DNA from: Cycas panzhihuaensis
Lineage: Eukaryota; Plantae; Cycadophyta
NCBI GenBank assembly: GCA_023213395.1
Contig: CM041465.1
Location: 100,509,741-100,573,740, forward strand
DNA: 64,000 nucleotides
Direction of reading: 5' to 3'
Shown here: positions 10,857 to 25,420 of the stretch, piece after piece
How the letters are laid out: each line of letters begins with the position of its first letter
Position numbering within the stretch: the first letter of the stretch is position 1
Made by a program: the position numbers and the translations under genes
Notes under the pieces: model-generated
The model's input: the letters and a program-made list of their open reading frames with translations, nothing else
What the model was told of the DNA's origin: nothing
Databases searched by the model: none

Positions 10857-11969
10857 GTAGAGTCTCGCTGTGCATATGTTTGTCTTGATAATGGATTCAC
10901 TACTTGATCTTCCAAATTATTGGACAATCTACAATAGATTGAGGAGAGTTCTATGTAACTCCAGCTTCAGCTCCACCAGGAGGCTTATTATGTATAAAAA
11001 ATAATAAAGAAAATAAAGATTGATAGAATATTTCAAAGAAAAGCATATATTTGTGCAATATAAATATGGATTTATAAATCTCTTATGCTTTTATCATGTA
11101 ACTATCTGAATATTGGCTTGCATATATAGAAATTTCTTCAAATAACAATAGTAAAACAACTTAATGGAGCAATATACTCATATAACAGAGTCACAATATT
11201 GATAAATTTTTTAAATATTTTGAAGAGAATATATCATAAAGAATGCTTATATATTTGTATTTGAAAAAATTTCAAAGGAATATATTGAGCAGATATATAA
11301 AATATTTGTGAACTTGAAAATAGAACAGAAAAACCTAGAATATGCAGCTGTAGCTGGCTTGATCTTGTGTATATCTTCTTCAAAAAACTGAATATGCTCC
11401 AAATACTGTAGATCTGATAAATAATCTTGAAAATACAGTCAGAAAATATGATGGAAAATGTAGATCTGAACTAAATGTAGCATAAAATACTAAAAAACCT
11501 TGATACAATAAGCAGATTTATAATAAAAATAGCAGATATGAAGTAACAAGTTGCAGATCTCTGAAAAAACTTGATAAATTTTGTATGCAGCTGATGCTCT
11601 TTTGTAAATCTGCAAAAAATATCAAATAAGTAGACAAATAACTTGTAAACTGTCAAAATATATGATAAATCTATAGATCTGAAGAGGAAATAACTCAAAT
11701 ATGAGAATAAAACTTGAATGTATATAACTTGCTGCTGAAAATCCTTTGTAGATCTGCACAAATCTAAAAATATATCTCAGTAGTATTTGTTGAACCAGAA
11801 ATATAACTCAATAATAATCAAAATCTGCTGAAACAATATATAAAACTTGCTAAAAATTTTCAGAAAATAAATCTAGTTAATATATATTGCTTGTAAAAAA
11901 AAAACTGTTATAGAGTGCTAGTAGATCTTGTTACTCTTCTTCAAAACTTCAGCAGGTCAGCAATCGCCT

Positions 11970-11981
11970 GCTCTGATACCA
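11970..11981 (-). promoter_or_regulatory. Functional-position PBS (tRNA-iMet) of element C
   Basis: GCTCTGATACCA (reverse complement TGGTATCAGAGC) 2 nt from the 5' LTR end at 11984. Confidence 0.9.
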
Positions 11982-11983
11982 AA

Positions 11984-12450
11984 TGTAGGAAATAATAATA
12001 GCAAGACTATGCTCTGATACCAAATGTAGGAAAAAATATGGAGCCAAAGTGCTCTGATACCATGTTAGAAATAATATTTGCAAGAAACAATAATAGCAAA
12101 ACTATGCTCTATACCAATATTGCATCAATACATCAGTGTATCACCATTACAATAGCATAAAACATGAAAGCCCTGTTGTTCAATCCATTATAGTAGAATG
12201 AGCATTACAAATCTCCTCAAAAGTATGTGGTGTCTAAAGACACCAGGGTTGTACACCCCTTAACATTTATAGTTTGGGGGAGGAGGGAAACTCCTCAACC
12301 CCTGAATTCAAATTAATAATAAAATAATGCAACTTAACTCAAATGAAACTAACTCAACTTACCTTGACATGTTGAGCATCACATGTCTAAATTGAGGTGC
12401 ACAATCCTGGTAGGTAAGAGGGAGTTGAGTGATGACATTACACTCCAACA
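11984..12450 (-). repeat. 5' LTR of element C (467 bp)
   Basis: Direct repeat of 7042-7518, followed by TSD AGCAA. Confidence 0.95.
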
Positions 12451-12455
12451 AGCAA

Positions 12456-15400
12456 GAATAACTTCAAGTTGTAGAAGTTGAAAGCGTATGATGTTCTCGT
12501 ATAATAAGGTTTGTACAGAGCTCTTGTAGGCAAATTAAAGAAACCTGCAGGGATGGATGATAATGAATGGGATGATCTAGACAAAAGGGCTCTTAGCATA
12601 ATACAATTGTGCTTGGCAGATGAAGTTTTATTTAACATCGCAGGAGAGAAGAAATCAATAGGATTATGGACCCAGTTGGAAGGCTTGTATATGACTAAAT
12701 CAGTGACAAATCAAATCTGCTTGAAGAGGCAACTGTACTCATTGCGAATGAAGGAAGGTACAAAAATTCTTAACCATTTAAATATTTTCAGTACTCTTAT
12801 TTATTAGTTGACTAGTATCAATGTCACAATTAAGGATGAGGACAAGGCTATTACCTTGTTGTATTTATTACTAGAATCCTGGGATAATATTTTCACCTCA
12901 ATTAGTTTTAACACTACAAATGAATTAGACTATGATTCTATTGTGAGTGCTTTGTTGATGGAAGAAGTGAGGAGGAAGTCTAGTCTTGAAACCTCCATAC
13001 TAGAAGCTTTGACAGCAATGGGTAAAACAATTGAGAGAGGACAAAGCTCTAGGGATACATTGAGGTCAAAGCTAAAAGGCAAGAAGAGTAAGCTCAGATG
13101 TTAGCACTGTAATAAGACAGATCACCTCAAGAAGGATTGCTACAAAAGGGAGTTCTAGAAAAAGGAGGATCCTACTAAGGAGGCTAATCAAGTGGAGTTA
13201 AATCAAGGTATGGATGATGATGTCTTGGTTACTTGTAATGTTTCCCATTATTACCATGATTGGTTATTAGATTCAGGTGCTTCACATCATATGTGTCCAC
13301 ACAAGAGTTGGCTCTCATCATACCAACTTCTTGATAGTAGTGACGTGCTTATGGGAAATGAAGTTTCTTGTAAGATAGTAGGCATTGGTAGTATTAAAAT
13401 TAAAATGTTCGATGGTATAGTAAGAACATTAACTAAAGATATATATGTACTTAATCTGAAAAGGAATATGATTTCCTTAGGTGAACTAGATTCTAGTGGT
13501 TATAAGTACACATGTCATGAAGGAGTCTTAAAGGTGTCAAAGGGCATCTTGGTTGTTATGAAAGCCTTAAAGAAAGAAAACCTTTACATTTTAGTGGGAA
13601 GTATATATGTCAGTCATGCAACTATAATATCAAAGATTGCAGAAGATCCATCTCAGTTATAGCATCAGAGGCTTGGGCACATGAGTGAGAGAGGACTTAA
13701 GGTGTTGATGAACTGTAAGTTACTTCCTAACTTACAACTTTCAGATTTGGCTTTTTGCAAATATTATATTTTTTGAAAGCAGTGTAATCTCAGGTTTAAA
13801 GTAGGGAGTCGCACTAGTAAAGGTGTTCTAGATTACATACATTCAGATGTGTGGGACCAATTTCTATAATATCTTATGGAGGATCATTATACTTTATCAC
13901 ATTTATAGATGATTACTCCAGAAAGGTATGGATATATTTTTTGAAAAGGAAATCTAAAGTTTTCAGTGTGTTTAAGTAGTTCAAGGCTCTAGTTGAGAAG
14001 AGCATTGGCAAGTCAATCAAATGTTTAAGAACTAATAATAGAGGTGATTTCAACTCCTTGGAGTTTGAAAACTATTACAGAGAAGCTATGATCAAAAGGC
14101 ATAAGACCACTAGCTATACTCTGTAGTACAATGACATAGTTAAGCACATGAGTAGGACACTCTTGGAAAGAGTAAGAAACATGCTAAGTAATTCAGGAGT
14201 GGAGCAGGGCTTATGGGTAGAAGCTATTCAAATAGCTTACTATTTGGTAAACAAGTCACCATCACTTGGAATAGATTGCAAGATTCCTAAAGAGGTATGG
14301 ACTGGATATCCATGAGACTATTCAAATTTGAAAGTTTTTTGTTGTGATGCTTATGCCTTGACTGATAAAAGTTAATATTCAAAGTTAGACCCATAATCCA
14401 AGAGATGTATCTTTGTTAGTTATGGTGATAGAGATGGTGTGAAGGGATAAAAGTTGTGGGATCCTATTGCCCACAAAATCACTATTAACTAAGATGTTAT
14501 GTTTGATGAATCTCCCTTTCTAAAATCAAATAGTGTAGAAGTTGAAATAAAATATGAGCAAAAAGTTGAACATCAACACGTCAAGCTTGAGACCCAACCA
14601 TCTTTGGAAATAAAAGAGCAGGAAGATCTTTTTAAAGATGAATCTGTAGAAGATTTATAGGAGTATATGGACACTCCTCCACCAACTATTAGAAGATCTA
14701 CATGAGTCAGCCATCCACCTGACAGGTACAACCCTTCTATTTCTATTGCTTTGGTTTCTAATGATGGTGAACTTATATGTTATTAGGAAGCAGTAGATGA
14801 TATCCATAGTGAGAAGTGAAAGAGGGCTATATAGGAAGAGATAGATGCTTTGAATAAAAATAATTCTTGGGACTTGATAGAACTTCCACATGGTAGGAAG
14901 ACTATTGGTTGTAGGTGGGTTTTCAAGAAGAAAATAGATGTTAATGGAAAGGTTGACAAATACAGGGTAAGACTGGTGGCTAAAGGCTTTGTATAGAAAG
15001 CAGGTATTGATTTTCATGAGATCTTTTCACCAATTATCAAACTTATTTCAGTTTGAGTTCTTTTAGCATTGGTAGCTTCTCTTGATTTGGAGTTAGAGCA
15101 GTTAGATGTAAAAATAACATTTCTACATGGAGATTTAGATGAGGAGATCTATATAGATCAACTAGAAGGATTTGTACAGGATGGCAGGAAAAGACTTATT
15201 TACAGGCTTAGGAAATCATTGTATGGCCTAAAGCAATCACCCAGGCAATGGTACAAGAAGTTTGATGCATGTAATGCCTTCATAAAAAGCCAAAATTTTA
15301 AAATAAGTGAGTATGATCATTGTGTTTACTTTAAATTCTTAGATAATGGCTTATTCATTATCTTGGTATTATATGTTGATGACATGCTGGTTGCAAGCAA

Positions 15401-16337
15401 GAGCATGGCAGAAATAAATAAGTTAAAGGATCAATTGGCTAGGACTTTTGATATGAAGGATCTAGGAGTTGCAAAATAAATCTTAGGTATAGAGATACAT
15501 AGAGACAAGAAAAATGGTAAGCTATGGTTATCACAACAAAAATATGCGGAGAAGGTGCTAACCAAGTTTGGTATGGCACATATGAAACCAGTGAGTATAT
15601 TATTGGCTTCCCATTTTAAGATTTCTTTGAGCATGAGTCCTAGTAATGAAGAAGAAAATGATCATATATCTCATGCACCTTATGCTAGTGTAGTAAGAAG
15701 TTTGATGTATACCATGGTATGTATAAGACTTGACATTTCACATGCAATTAGTGTAGTTAGCAAGTCTATGGAAAATCTAGGAAAGGAACATCGGGCAACA
15801 GTGAAATAGGTGCTTCAGTATTTGAGAGGCATAAGTAACTATTGTATCACCTTTTAAGGTACAGATAATTAGGTTTGTGGATATGTTGATTTAGATTTTG
15901 TAGGAGATTTAGATAAGAGAAGCTCTACTTTAGGTTATGTATTCACTCTTACAAATGGTTCAAAAAGTTGGATGTCAAAATTACAGAGTACATTTGTATT
16001 ATCGACTACAAAAGCTAAATATGTTACTATAGCACATGCTTGTAAAGAAGCAATCTAGGTATAGGGTCTATTAGTTGAGCTTGGAAGGAAATAGGAAAAG
16101 GTAAAGGTATTTTATGACAATCAAAGTGCCATGTACTTAATAAAGAATCCAGCTTATTATAGTAGGACAAAGCATATTGTTCTTAAGCACCATTTTATTA
16201 GACAGGTTATGGAAGCAGGTGGAGTGGCACTTGAAAAGGTTAACACAAAATAGAATTATGCTAATATGTTCACAAAACTAGTACTATTAGAGAAGTTCAA
16301 ATGGTGTTTGAATTCTCTTGGCTTGCAGAAAAGGTGA
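12456..16337 (+). pseudogene. Decayed copia gag-pol of element B
   Basis: LDKRALSIIQLCLADEV (gag), WLLDSGASHHM (protease), LDYIHSDVW (integrase), LYGLKQSPRQWY and LYVDDML (RT), RTKHI (RNase H); many stops and frameshifts. Confidence 0.95.
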
Positions 16338-16386
16338 TGAATAGGTCTAGGAAAGGTATCAAGTAAATTGTTATCAAGATGGAAAT

Positions 16387-16490
16387 TGTTAGAAAATGTG
16401 ATAACAATGTTTTAGAGGCTAAAATTTTGATAGGTTGGTAGTACGGTTTCCCCCCCAAACTTCCACGAGGGGTTTCAGGGGGAGCAGGAG
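16387..16490 (+). repeat. Truncated 3' LTR of element B
   Basis: PPT-like CAAGATGGAAAT then TGTTAG; replaced after ~100 bp by a duplicated block. Confidence 0.65.
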
Positions 16491-16777
16491 TTTTTAATTA
16501 CTATTGGGAGATATATTATAACATGCATCAAGATATGGTCTATTTGGTCTCAAATGATCTAAGTAGTAGTAGAAGGAATAGGGTTCCCAAAACTTTCCCC
16601 ATTGGTATGGATGATTAATGCCATGAAGAATGCAATGGTAACTCAAAGATAACTTGATGAATATAGGGGAGTGATATGTATATTAACTAGTAAGGAATGG
16701 ATTTAAACTTATGTGTTTAACTTTGATTGCTAAAATAATTAGAAATAGATCCCGTGAGTGGCTTGTTATCACTATCA
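16490..16777. repeat. 288-bp dispersed direct repeat, copy 1
   Basis: About 5 differences from 24009-24296. Confidence 0.95.
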
Positions 16778-16799
16778 CATAACCAATCCCAACCATGCT

Positions 16800-18172
16800 A
16801 TACATAATGGACTAATAAGTTCTATATCCATAAGAATTGGTCCATCCATAACAATCTTTTATTATACTAAAATCACATATTTGTACACTAGACATCAACT
16901 TTTATCCCCATGATTCTATCAAAATATCACTCCACTCCACTTAGTGGTCACTCAGGGTTCAATAAGACATATCATAGGATCTATTTAGACTTCTTTTGGC
17001 CATCTTTGAGGGTAACCATTCACACATTTATTTCAAATGTAATTCTTACTAGTACAATAAAAGAGATACAAAACCTCAACCAAGTCTATTACAACCTTTG
17101 AACATTTCACAAGGCAAGTGATGAGATATTACCATGGATTTTATTATAGGTTTGCCTTTATCTACTATGTATGGATCAATAATAGTGGTCATTGATAGGC
17201 TAATAAAATACACCTATTTTCTACCTATACATACTATATATAAGGCATAAATTATGATAAACATTTACCTTGAAATGATATTTTAGTTACATGGGTTTCC
17301 ATCAACCATTGTGTACAATCAGGATCCTAAATTCGCTAGTTCATTTTAGCAAGAACTATTCAATATGGGTTCAACTTATCACCTATAAACAAATAGTCAA
17401 TCAAAGGTTCTTAATAAAACTTTAGAAACCTACTTATGCTATTTTACATCTAACTGTCAATCTAAATAAATAATATGGCTAGCCTTCATAGAGTACTAGT
17501 ATGACTCATCTCACTATTTAGCCATTTAGGATATCCCCTTTTATGGCCTTATATAAGTACCCCCCACCTTCCCAACACACATTAGCCATAAATCTATGCA
17601 TTATTATAGTATAATAAAAATTATAACCCTATGGACTAGATTGTCAGTACCCTTAAATGAAATCTATCCATAGCCCAAAATCAAATGAAGCAATTAGTAG
17701 ATATCCATCATTTAGATCTCTCTTTTAACATTGGTAATCTTGTATTCCTTTAGCTTCAACTGTATAAACGATAACTCCTCCAACACCAAAATAACCACAA
17801 GATTAGCCCTTTATATTATGGCCCATACAAAGTCCTGATATGTATTGGTGAAATTACATATACCCTCCATCTTTCTCTTACCACTAAAATCCATAATATT
17901 TTTTATATTTCTTGTCTCAAAAAGTATATTTAAAAAACCCAAGTTTTACAGATAGTTTTACCAACCTTGGATGAAGAATAAATACTTACCATCTCTCTAG
18001 AATATATCTTAACTAGTAGTTAATATTATCTATAGAATTGGTTAATTTCTTAATATTTAATATAGTGGGCTGACTGTAGACTAAATGAAGCTACCTAAGA
18101 ATCAATTGAATTCATCAAGTAACATCCTCATCTCAAATGCTTCAGGGACTCAATATCTTAAGGAGGGGTACC
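16800..18172 (+). pseudogene. Chromovirus (Ty3/gypsy) integrase and chromodomain remnant
   Basis: HSTPLSGHSGFNKTYHRI..DFFWP, MDFIIGLP, YYGPYKVL, chromodomain-like YLI*W......AT*E, PPT AAGGAGGGG. Confidence 0.85.
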
Positions 18173-18598
18173 TGTTATATGATTTATATTACTAGTCATA
18201 AGAAGCATTAACATGTAGAAAGAATCTAGATGGTTAAGTATGGTGTTCATTATGAAACTTTCTGTGTGGTCCACTAAGCCCTTTAATAAAATATAAGGCC
18301 ACTTGGGCCACTAATAGGATTATTTGGAAGGGACCTTCTTTTATATATTTAAGGGTTGTAAATTATAGAAGAAGGTTATCTTATCGTGTTTACTCTTAAG
18401 AGAATAATACTACAATACTCATTTAGTGTTCTAATTATGCTTACTTGTGCTCATTATGTTCTTTCTATGTAATTTTAATATTAAAGATAATAAAAGCTAT
18501 TGTAATTCTCTTGATTTTTATTTATTATTATCAACTTATAAGGAAATGCATTGGAGGTCATGCTCTATAATTTCCCTCTCAAGGTGATTAAGTTATCA
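18173..18598 (+). repeat. Probable 3' LTR of the chromovirus fragment
   Basis: TGTTAT after the PPT, ending ...TTATCA; no partner LTR in the window. Confidence 0.55.
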
Positions 18599-21569
18599 TA
18601 ACCTGATGCCTAAGTAGGCCTAAATGATGAGACTCAATTTAGAAAGTAGGAAAATGATTGATTAAAGGAAGAGACCTAAAGGAGTTAGGACCACATGATA
18701 GATCTACATATATATAAGATAGTGGAGACTCATCAATATTGGTAACCCACCCTATATAAATGTGGAGTAATCAAGTAATACAACAATTCTCATTATATAC
18801 TATAAGGGCCAAAATATATGAGAAGAAGCCACTCTCAATAGTGATGAATGGTATTCACTTAATTATACTAACTATATATTAAAAGGATAATTTTCCACCA
18901 CTAATCCTTTTATAATATGGCATAGAGGACTTGATGCTCTTAGGGTATAGAACTACTCACTTTATTTAGTGATGAAATCTGGGTAGAAACAAGACAATCC
19001 CTCCTTTTGATAGGGAAATATTATCCTAGACTCATAACTAAGGAGTAAACAACACACAACTATAATGAAACTAATATGTAATTATGATTAAGCAAAGACG
19101 ATAAAGAATCCTAACCTAGATGCAAATTTTTAGCCTCATAGATTTGAGGACTCATAATGAATGTTATTCCCTTTCTTTGTTTAGCTTATGAAAGCACATA
19201 TAATGATGTAAATATAAGTGTAAATTATTCATACCTTTTTCTTTTTGTTTTTTTTAATTAATTATATATAAGGGGGAGAGAAGACAAGCAGTTATATAAT
19301 AGGTAAATTAGAAAATCTCTTTCCCTTCTTTTTTAGAATAAAATATACCAATGAAAACCCCTTTTCCTTTTTCCTTTTTTTTTTCCAAAATAAAACTAAA
19401 TAATAGAGGGGAAGAAGAGTATCTAGAAATATATTTATAGATTTCATAAACATCTTTGTTATCAATCCCAAATGCTCTCAATTTCTCCCAACATATCAAA
19501 GATAATAATGGATAAAAGCGTATGCAATATATAAAAAAATTTAGAAAATAATTTGATAGTATTTCTGCTTATTAGATTGAGGAATGATCGAAAAACTTTT
19601 CTTAACAAGTATGATGTCATTAAAAACTTAATTTAAAAGATAATTAATTTATGAAGAAAATTTAGCATTGCTTTGATTGCCCTTTAAGCATTGTGTGATT
19701 TTGACGAAGAGGGAGGAGGATAAAATAAACTCTAAATCAGTTCTTCGCTCCACTAATCTACAAGGAAATGAAGTCATGATGCATCTCCATCACCTTTAAT
19801 GTTAGTTCTAAGAAGCATACAAATATATAAAAAATCTTAAGATAATTCAAAATAGTAACTTATAAGTTTATTTAAATGAGATCCTTAGAAATGGTAGGGT
19901 TGCTAGTATATCTAATCCTAACAATAATGCTAGACCCTCATGGCCCCTTGGGATACTTCTATGTAGGAAGAAATGAAACAATCAAGGTCAAGTGAGAAAG
20001 AAATGTAGATATAAATACATGAATACAAAAAAAAAGTAGGAGCAAAGTAAAACTAAAAATGGAGGATGGAAAGCAAATGGTTTTAGTGGGATTTTCCCAA
20101 TTTTAAAGTGGTTGCATTAGCTTATGACTCTAAGCTCCAATTGGGATAATCTCCAATAGGTAGATAGTTCTAACTCTAAACTCAATTTATAAATCAACTA
20201 AAAAAATCTAAGATTTGAGTACTTTAAAGGATTTTTGGTAGCATTCTCACAACATAAGAATATGTAAAATAGTTCTCCCCCATTTTATAAAATAGAGGAG
20301 CTATTTATAAGTGATGTTTGAGGAGTTTAGGGTGGTTTTTAGGCCAATGGTTTGCATGAAACCATGGGCTAAAATCCCATGGATTTGATTAGTAATTAAT
20401 GCTAAAGCATTAATTAGCAATTGGTTTTGAAGGAAATCAATAGAGATCCCATGGCTTTGAGTTAATTTAATGTGAAATCCATGGAAAATCTCATTGAATT
20501 TCTCAAGAGATGTATGTTTTTTTTTTTTTTTAATCATGGAACATTAGAATTCTATGATGAATTTCATAGTGGTACAATTCATCCTATGATGAACTTCATA
20601 ACAGGATGAGCCATACCATAATAAATTTCATTATAAGAGGCCATATATTATGATGAAATTCATCATAATGCAAAATGTTTCTACTCTAATTTTTAAAGGG
20701 TAATAATTTTTATCATGGGTCAAATAAATTCGTAATGGGATAGGTAATTGATAGTGCGATAGGTAATTTTCATGGTAGGATGGTCCAAAATGGAAAAAAA
20801 GATGAAAACTAAAGAGAAGAAAGCCTATAAGGGCAACAAGATTAATCAACAAAAGATAAAAGAGAGCCTAGAAATATCCTTGGGGGTATTTGAAGACTAT
20901 TTTATAATTTATTGAACTTGGGTGGATAACCATTTTATACCATTGACTGGAGTCAAAATCATCACAAACTAAATACACATAGCCATTATCAAAGTAACAA
21001 GTAAATATTCATCAAAGCTAAAAATCAAATGAGAATAAGATGATAAACATAAAACTTGACTTTCTTGTATTAAGATGGATGTTGATTTCTTGGGTTACGA
21101 GAAACACCTCTCCCCTTAGTAGAAGAACCTCTTCAAAACTATGTTGTAAGATGGTGAATGTTGACAATAAAGCCTAATAGACTATTAATATATTTTATCA
21201 AAATAATTAGGGAAGGTAGTCTATGATAATTTAGACTCCATAGTAGGTGCTTAAATAATGTTATCCCTAGTTTAATATCATTAGTAAGGACTTTAGATGT
21301 GCATTGAGTACAATGGAGGTTAGCTCAGAAGCCAACTTTCCATGATGAACTAAGAAGCTACGATGAAGGCTAATCAAATATATAGGAGTTACCATAGTTT
21401 ATCCTTATTAGATATTATTTTTGGAGTGATCTTAGGTGTGAGAGTGGTTAATTTGATAGTTGAAAGGGAGTGGGATCGAAACCTTAGGTTTATTGCCATA
21501 TTTTAACGTCTTCAACGAGTGCCCTTTAGAGCTAAAGTTATTTGAGCTTATATTAGCTTTTTGGGCTCC

Positions 21570-23252
<1,683 letters not shown>

Positions 23253-24008
23253 GACTTTTGAAGTTTATATATATTTTTTATTTATTTTTAAAAATAAAAT
23301 ATTAGGGAAAGTATTTATAAATAAATTTAGACTCATGTAGGAGTATTAGATAGTTTATCCTTATTTTAGAGAACAGTTTTTTAATTTTATATTATTTTTT
23401 AGTTTTTGTCATATATATTCTTTTTTAGTTTCTTTTGTTTCTTTTTTATGTCTGGGGATATTAAACTAAGGAGAGATAAAATTAAAATGACCTTTTTATC
23501 AAAAAGTTCACATTAGGGACAACACTAGGTGGATTGCCCCTTTTAGAAGGCCATAATGGGAAGAATATTTGTATACCTACTTAGTAGTTTAGCCTTGTCT
23601 TAGAGCATGGTTTAAATTTTAACTTATGGAGGAGCATTAGATATTTTAACCCCATTTTGAAGACTTGTTGTGAGATAAGGAGGCAGATCTAGAAGACATG
23701 ACTCATCGAAGAACTTAGGATCCCTATAAGTGGCCATCTTACCATAGGTGATGTTGGAGAATATAAGTAACTGGTTAGTCTACTTTTGTGCTCTATTCAT
23801 GGGGAATATGCTACATTGTAATAGATAAGAACTAAGATAATAATGATCTAGTTGAGTTGGCAATGGCTTATAACTAAAAGAAGCAAACTTGATAGACTTG
23901 TAGGAGATGGTAGACAATTAATTGAGAGTAAAAGAGTAGCAAGATAGGGTCAGTGTAAACTTAAAATGCATTAGTTAGGGCCTTTATGATTGTACCATAC
24001 TCACTTAT

Positions 24009-24296
24009 GTTTTTAATTACTATTGGGAGATATATTATAACATGCATCAAGATATGGTCTATTTGGTCTCAAATGATCTAAGTAGTAGTAGAAGGAATAG
24101 GGTTCCCAAAACTTTCCCCATTGGTATGGATGATTAATACCATGAAGAATGCAATGGTAACTCAAAGATAACTTGATGAATATAGGGGAGTGATATGGAT
24201 ATTAACTAGTGGGGAATGGATTTAAACTTATGTGTTTAACTTTGATTGCTAAAATAATTAGAAATAGATCCCATGAGTGGCTTGTTATCACTATCA
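24009..24296. repeat. 288-bp dispersed direct repeat, copy 2
   Basis: Matches 16490-16777. Confidence 0.95.
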
Positions 24297-24599
24297 TTAT
24301 TAATTCTCAAAGTTATTGGTTTTATCCCTCTAGGAATTGAGTATGTATCAATTATGATCAACTCTATTCTGGACCCAAAATACTAAATCTAAGGGTCCTA
24401 AATGACCCATATATCTAAATCTAAACTATGTTCTATAGGTGGGAACAAAGCTAATACATGACTTGCCCTAGATGCCAAGAAGGTAGTAAGAGTACTATAT
24501 ATAAATATAATATTTTTTTACATTTTATTTTTTTAGGTATATGTATATCTTTCTTTATTTTGTATTATTTTCTTTTTTTTTTGTCTAATTTTATTAGAG

Positions 24600-25420
24600 G
24601 TGGGTCACATTATATGATGGTTTAGATGAGGTCCATGATGAACCAAATATTGTTAAACTTACTTTTTAGGTGATGCACTTCATCTAGATCCATACTAACC
24701 TCAAAAGGAAAGCTAGATATGGTTGTTATGTGACGCTCATCAAGGCATGGGGGGTGCATTGATTATTTTTAGGTTTGGGAAATTATAGTTCGATAAGCAA
24801 ACTCATAAGGGATTATTAACAATAATGGTAATGCAATTTAGTAAACTAAAGATATAGGAAGACCTTCAGACAAATCCATGATGGTTAAACTACCACATGT
24901 ACTTGGGTCATTCATATAATTCACATTTGAGTACCTTATCATAGGGATATTCATGGATGAAGGAGGCCTTCTAAAGGTTATTGAGGAATCCTAAGAGTAT
25001 CTGGTATAACAATGATTAAATGGAATAACTATAGGGTAGATTATAATAACAAAGTTGCTAGAATACTAGTGAGTTGGTGACAATGTAAATTATGATGAGA
25101 AGAAGGGTTATTTATTCATTGGTTAAAAGTGTCATTGAAGGTCTTAAAAAATTGATGGATACAAGACCTTACTAGGGACCATAGATGCAAGAGTATCTAG
25201 GTTATTAAAAACCAATAGTGGCAATGAGGGCATGCCTCAAAATTAAGCTTGTTGACTGTAAACATAAGTATGTGCAAAAGGGGTTACCTTGGGGCCTTCT
25301 TATGCCTAAGAACATAAGGGTGCTAAGTGTTGCTTAGTAGATTGGGGTTGTGTCACTTATATAAATAAGTTCAATATTATAAAATAGGCCATAAGACTAT
25401 AAACATAAATATGCTTAAGA
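24600..25420 (+). pseudogene. Possible highly decayed LINE ORF1-like remnant
   Basis: Only weak motifs (VARILV; YYKIGHK as a possibly mutated zinc knuckle) in broken frames. Confidence 0.2.

Larger units (their letters stand above)
7042..12450 (-). mobile_element. Non-autonomous copia-derived LTR element (element C), structurally intact
   Basis: TG...CA termini; TSD AGCAA at 7037-7041 and 12451-12455; LTRs ~98% identical; PBS 11970-11981 and PPT 7519-7530 on the minus strand. Confidence 0.95.
6400..16490 (+). mobile_element. Ty1/copia LTR retrotransposon (Tork/Tnt1-like, element B), interrupted at 7042-12450; both LTRs incomplete
   Basis: PBS TGGTATCAGAGCC; gag start MVKLVNAKFEVEKFN continues as KNNFKL after the insertion; order PR-INT-RT-RH; PPT and 3' LTR start at 16387. 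The left boundary is approximate. Confidence 0.9.

Noticed and set aside
10677-10907. Functional TIM10 gene
   Set aside because: GTG start, CX3C motif destroyed, C-terminus missing, embedded in a TE
11970-12116. CRISPR-like repeat-spacer appearance
   Set aside because: The repeat is the tRNA-Met PBS plus LTR end, the context is eukaryotic and there are no cas genes
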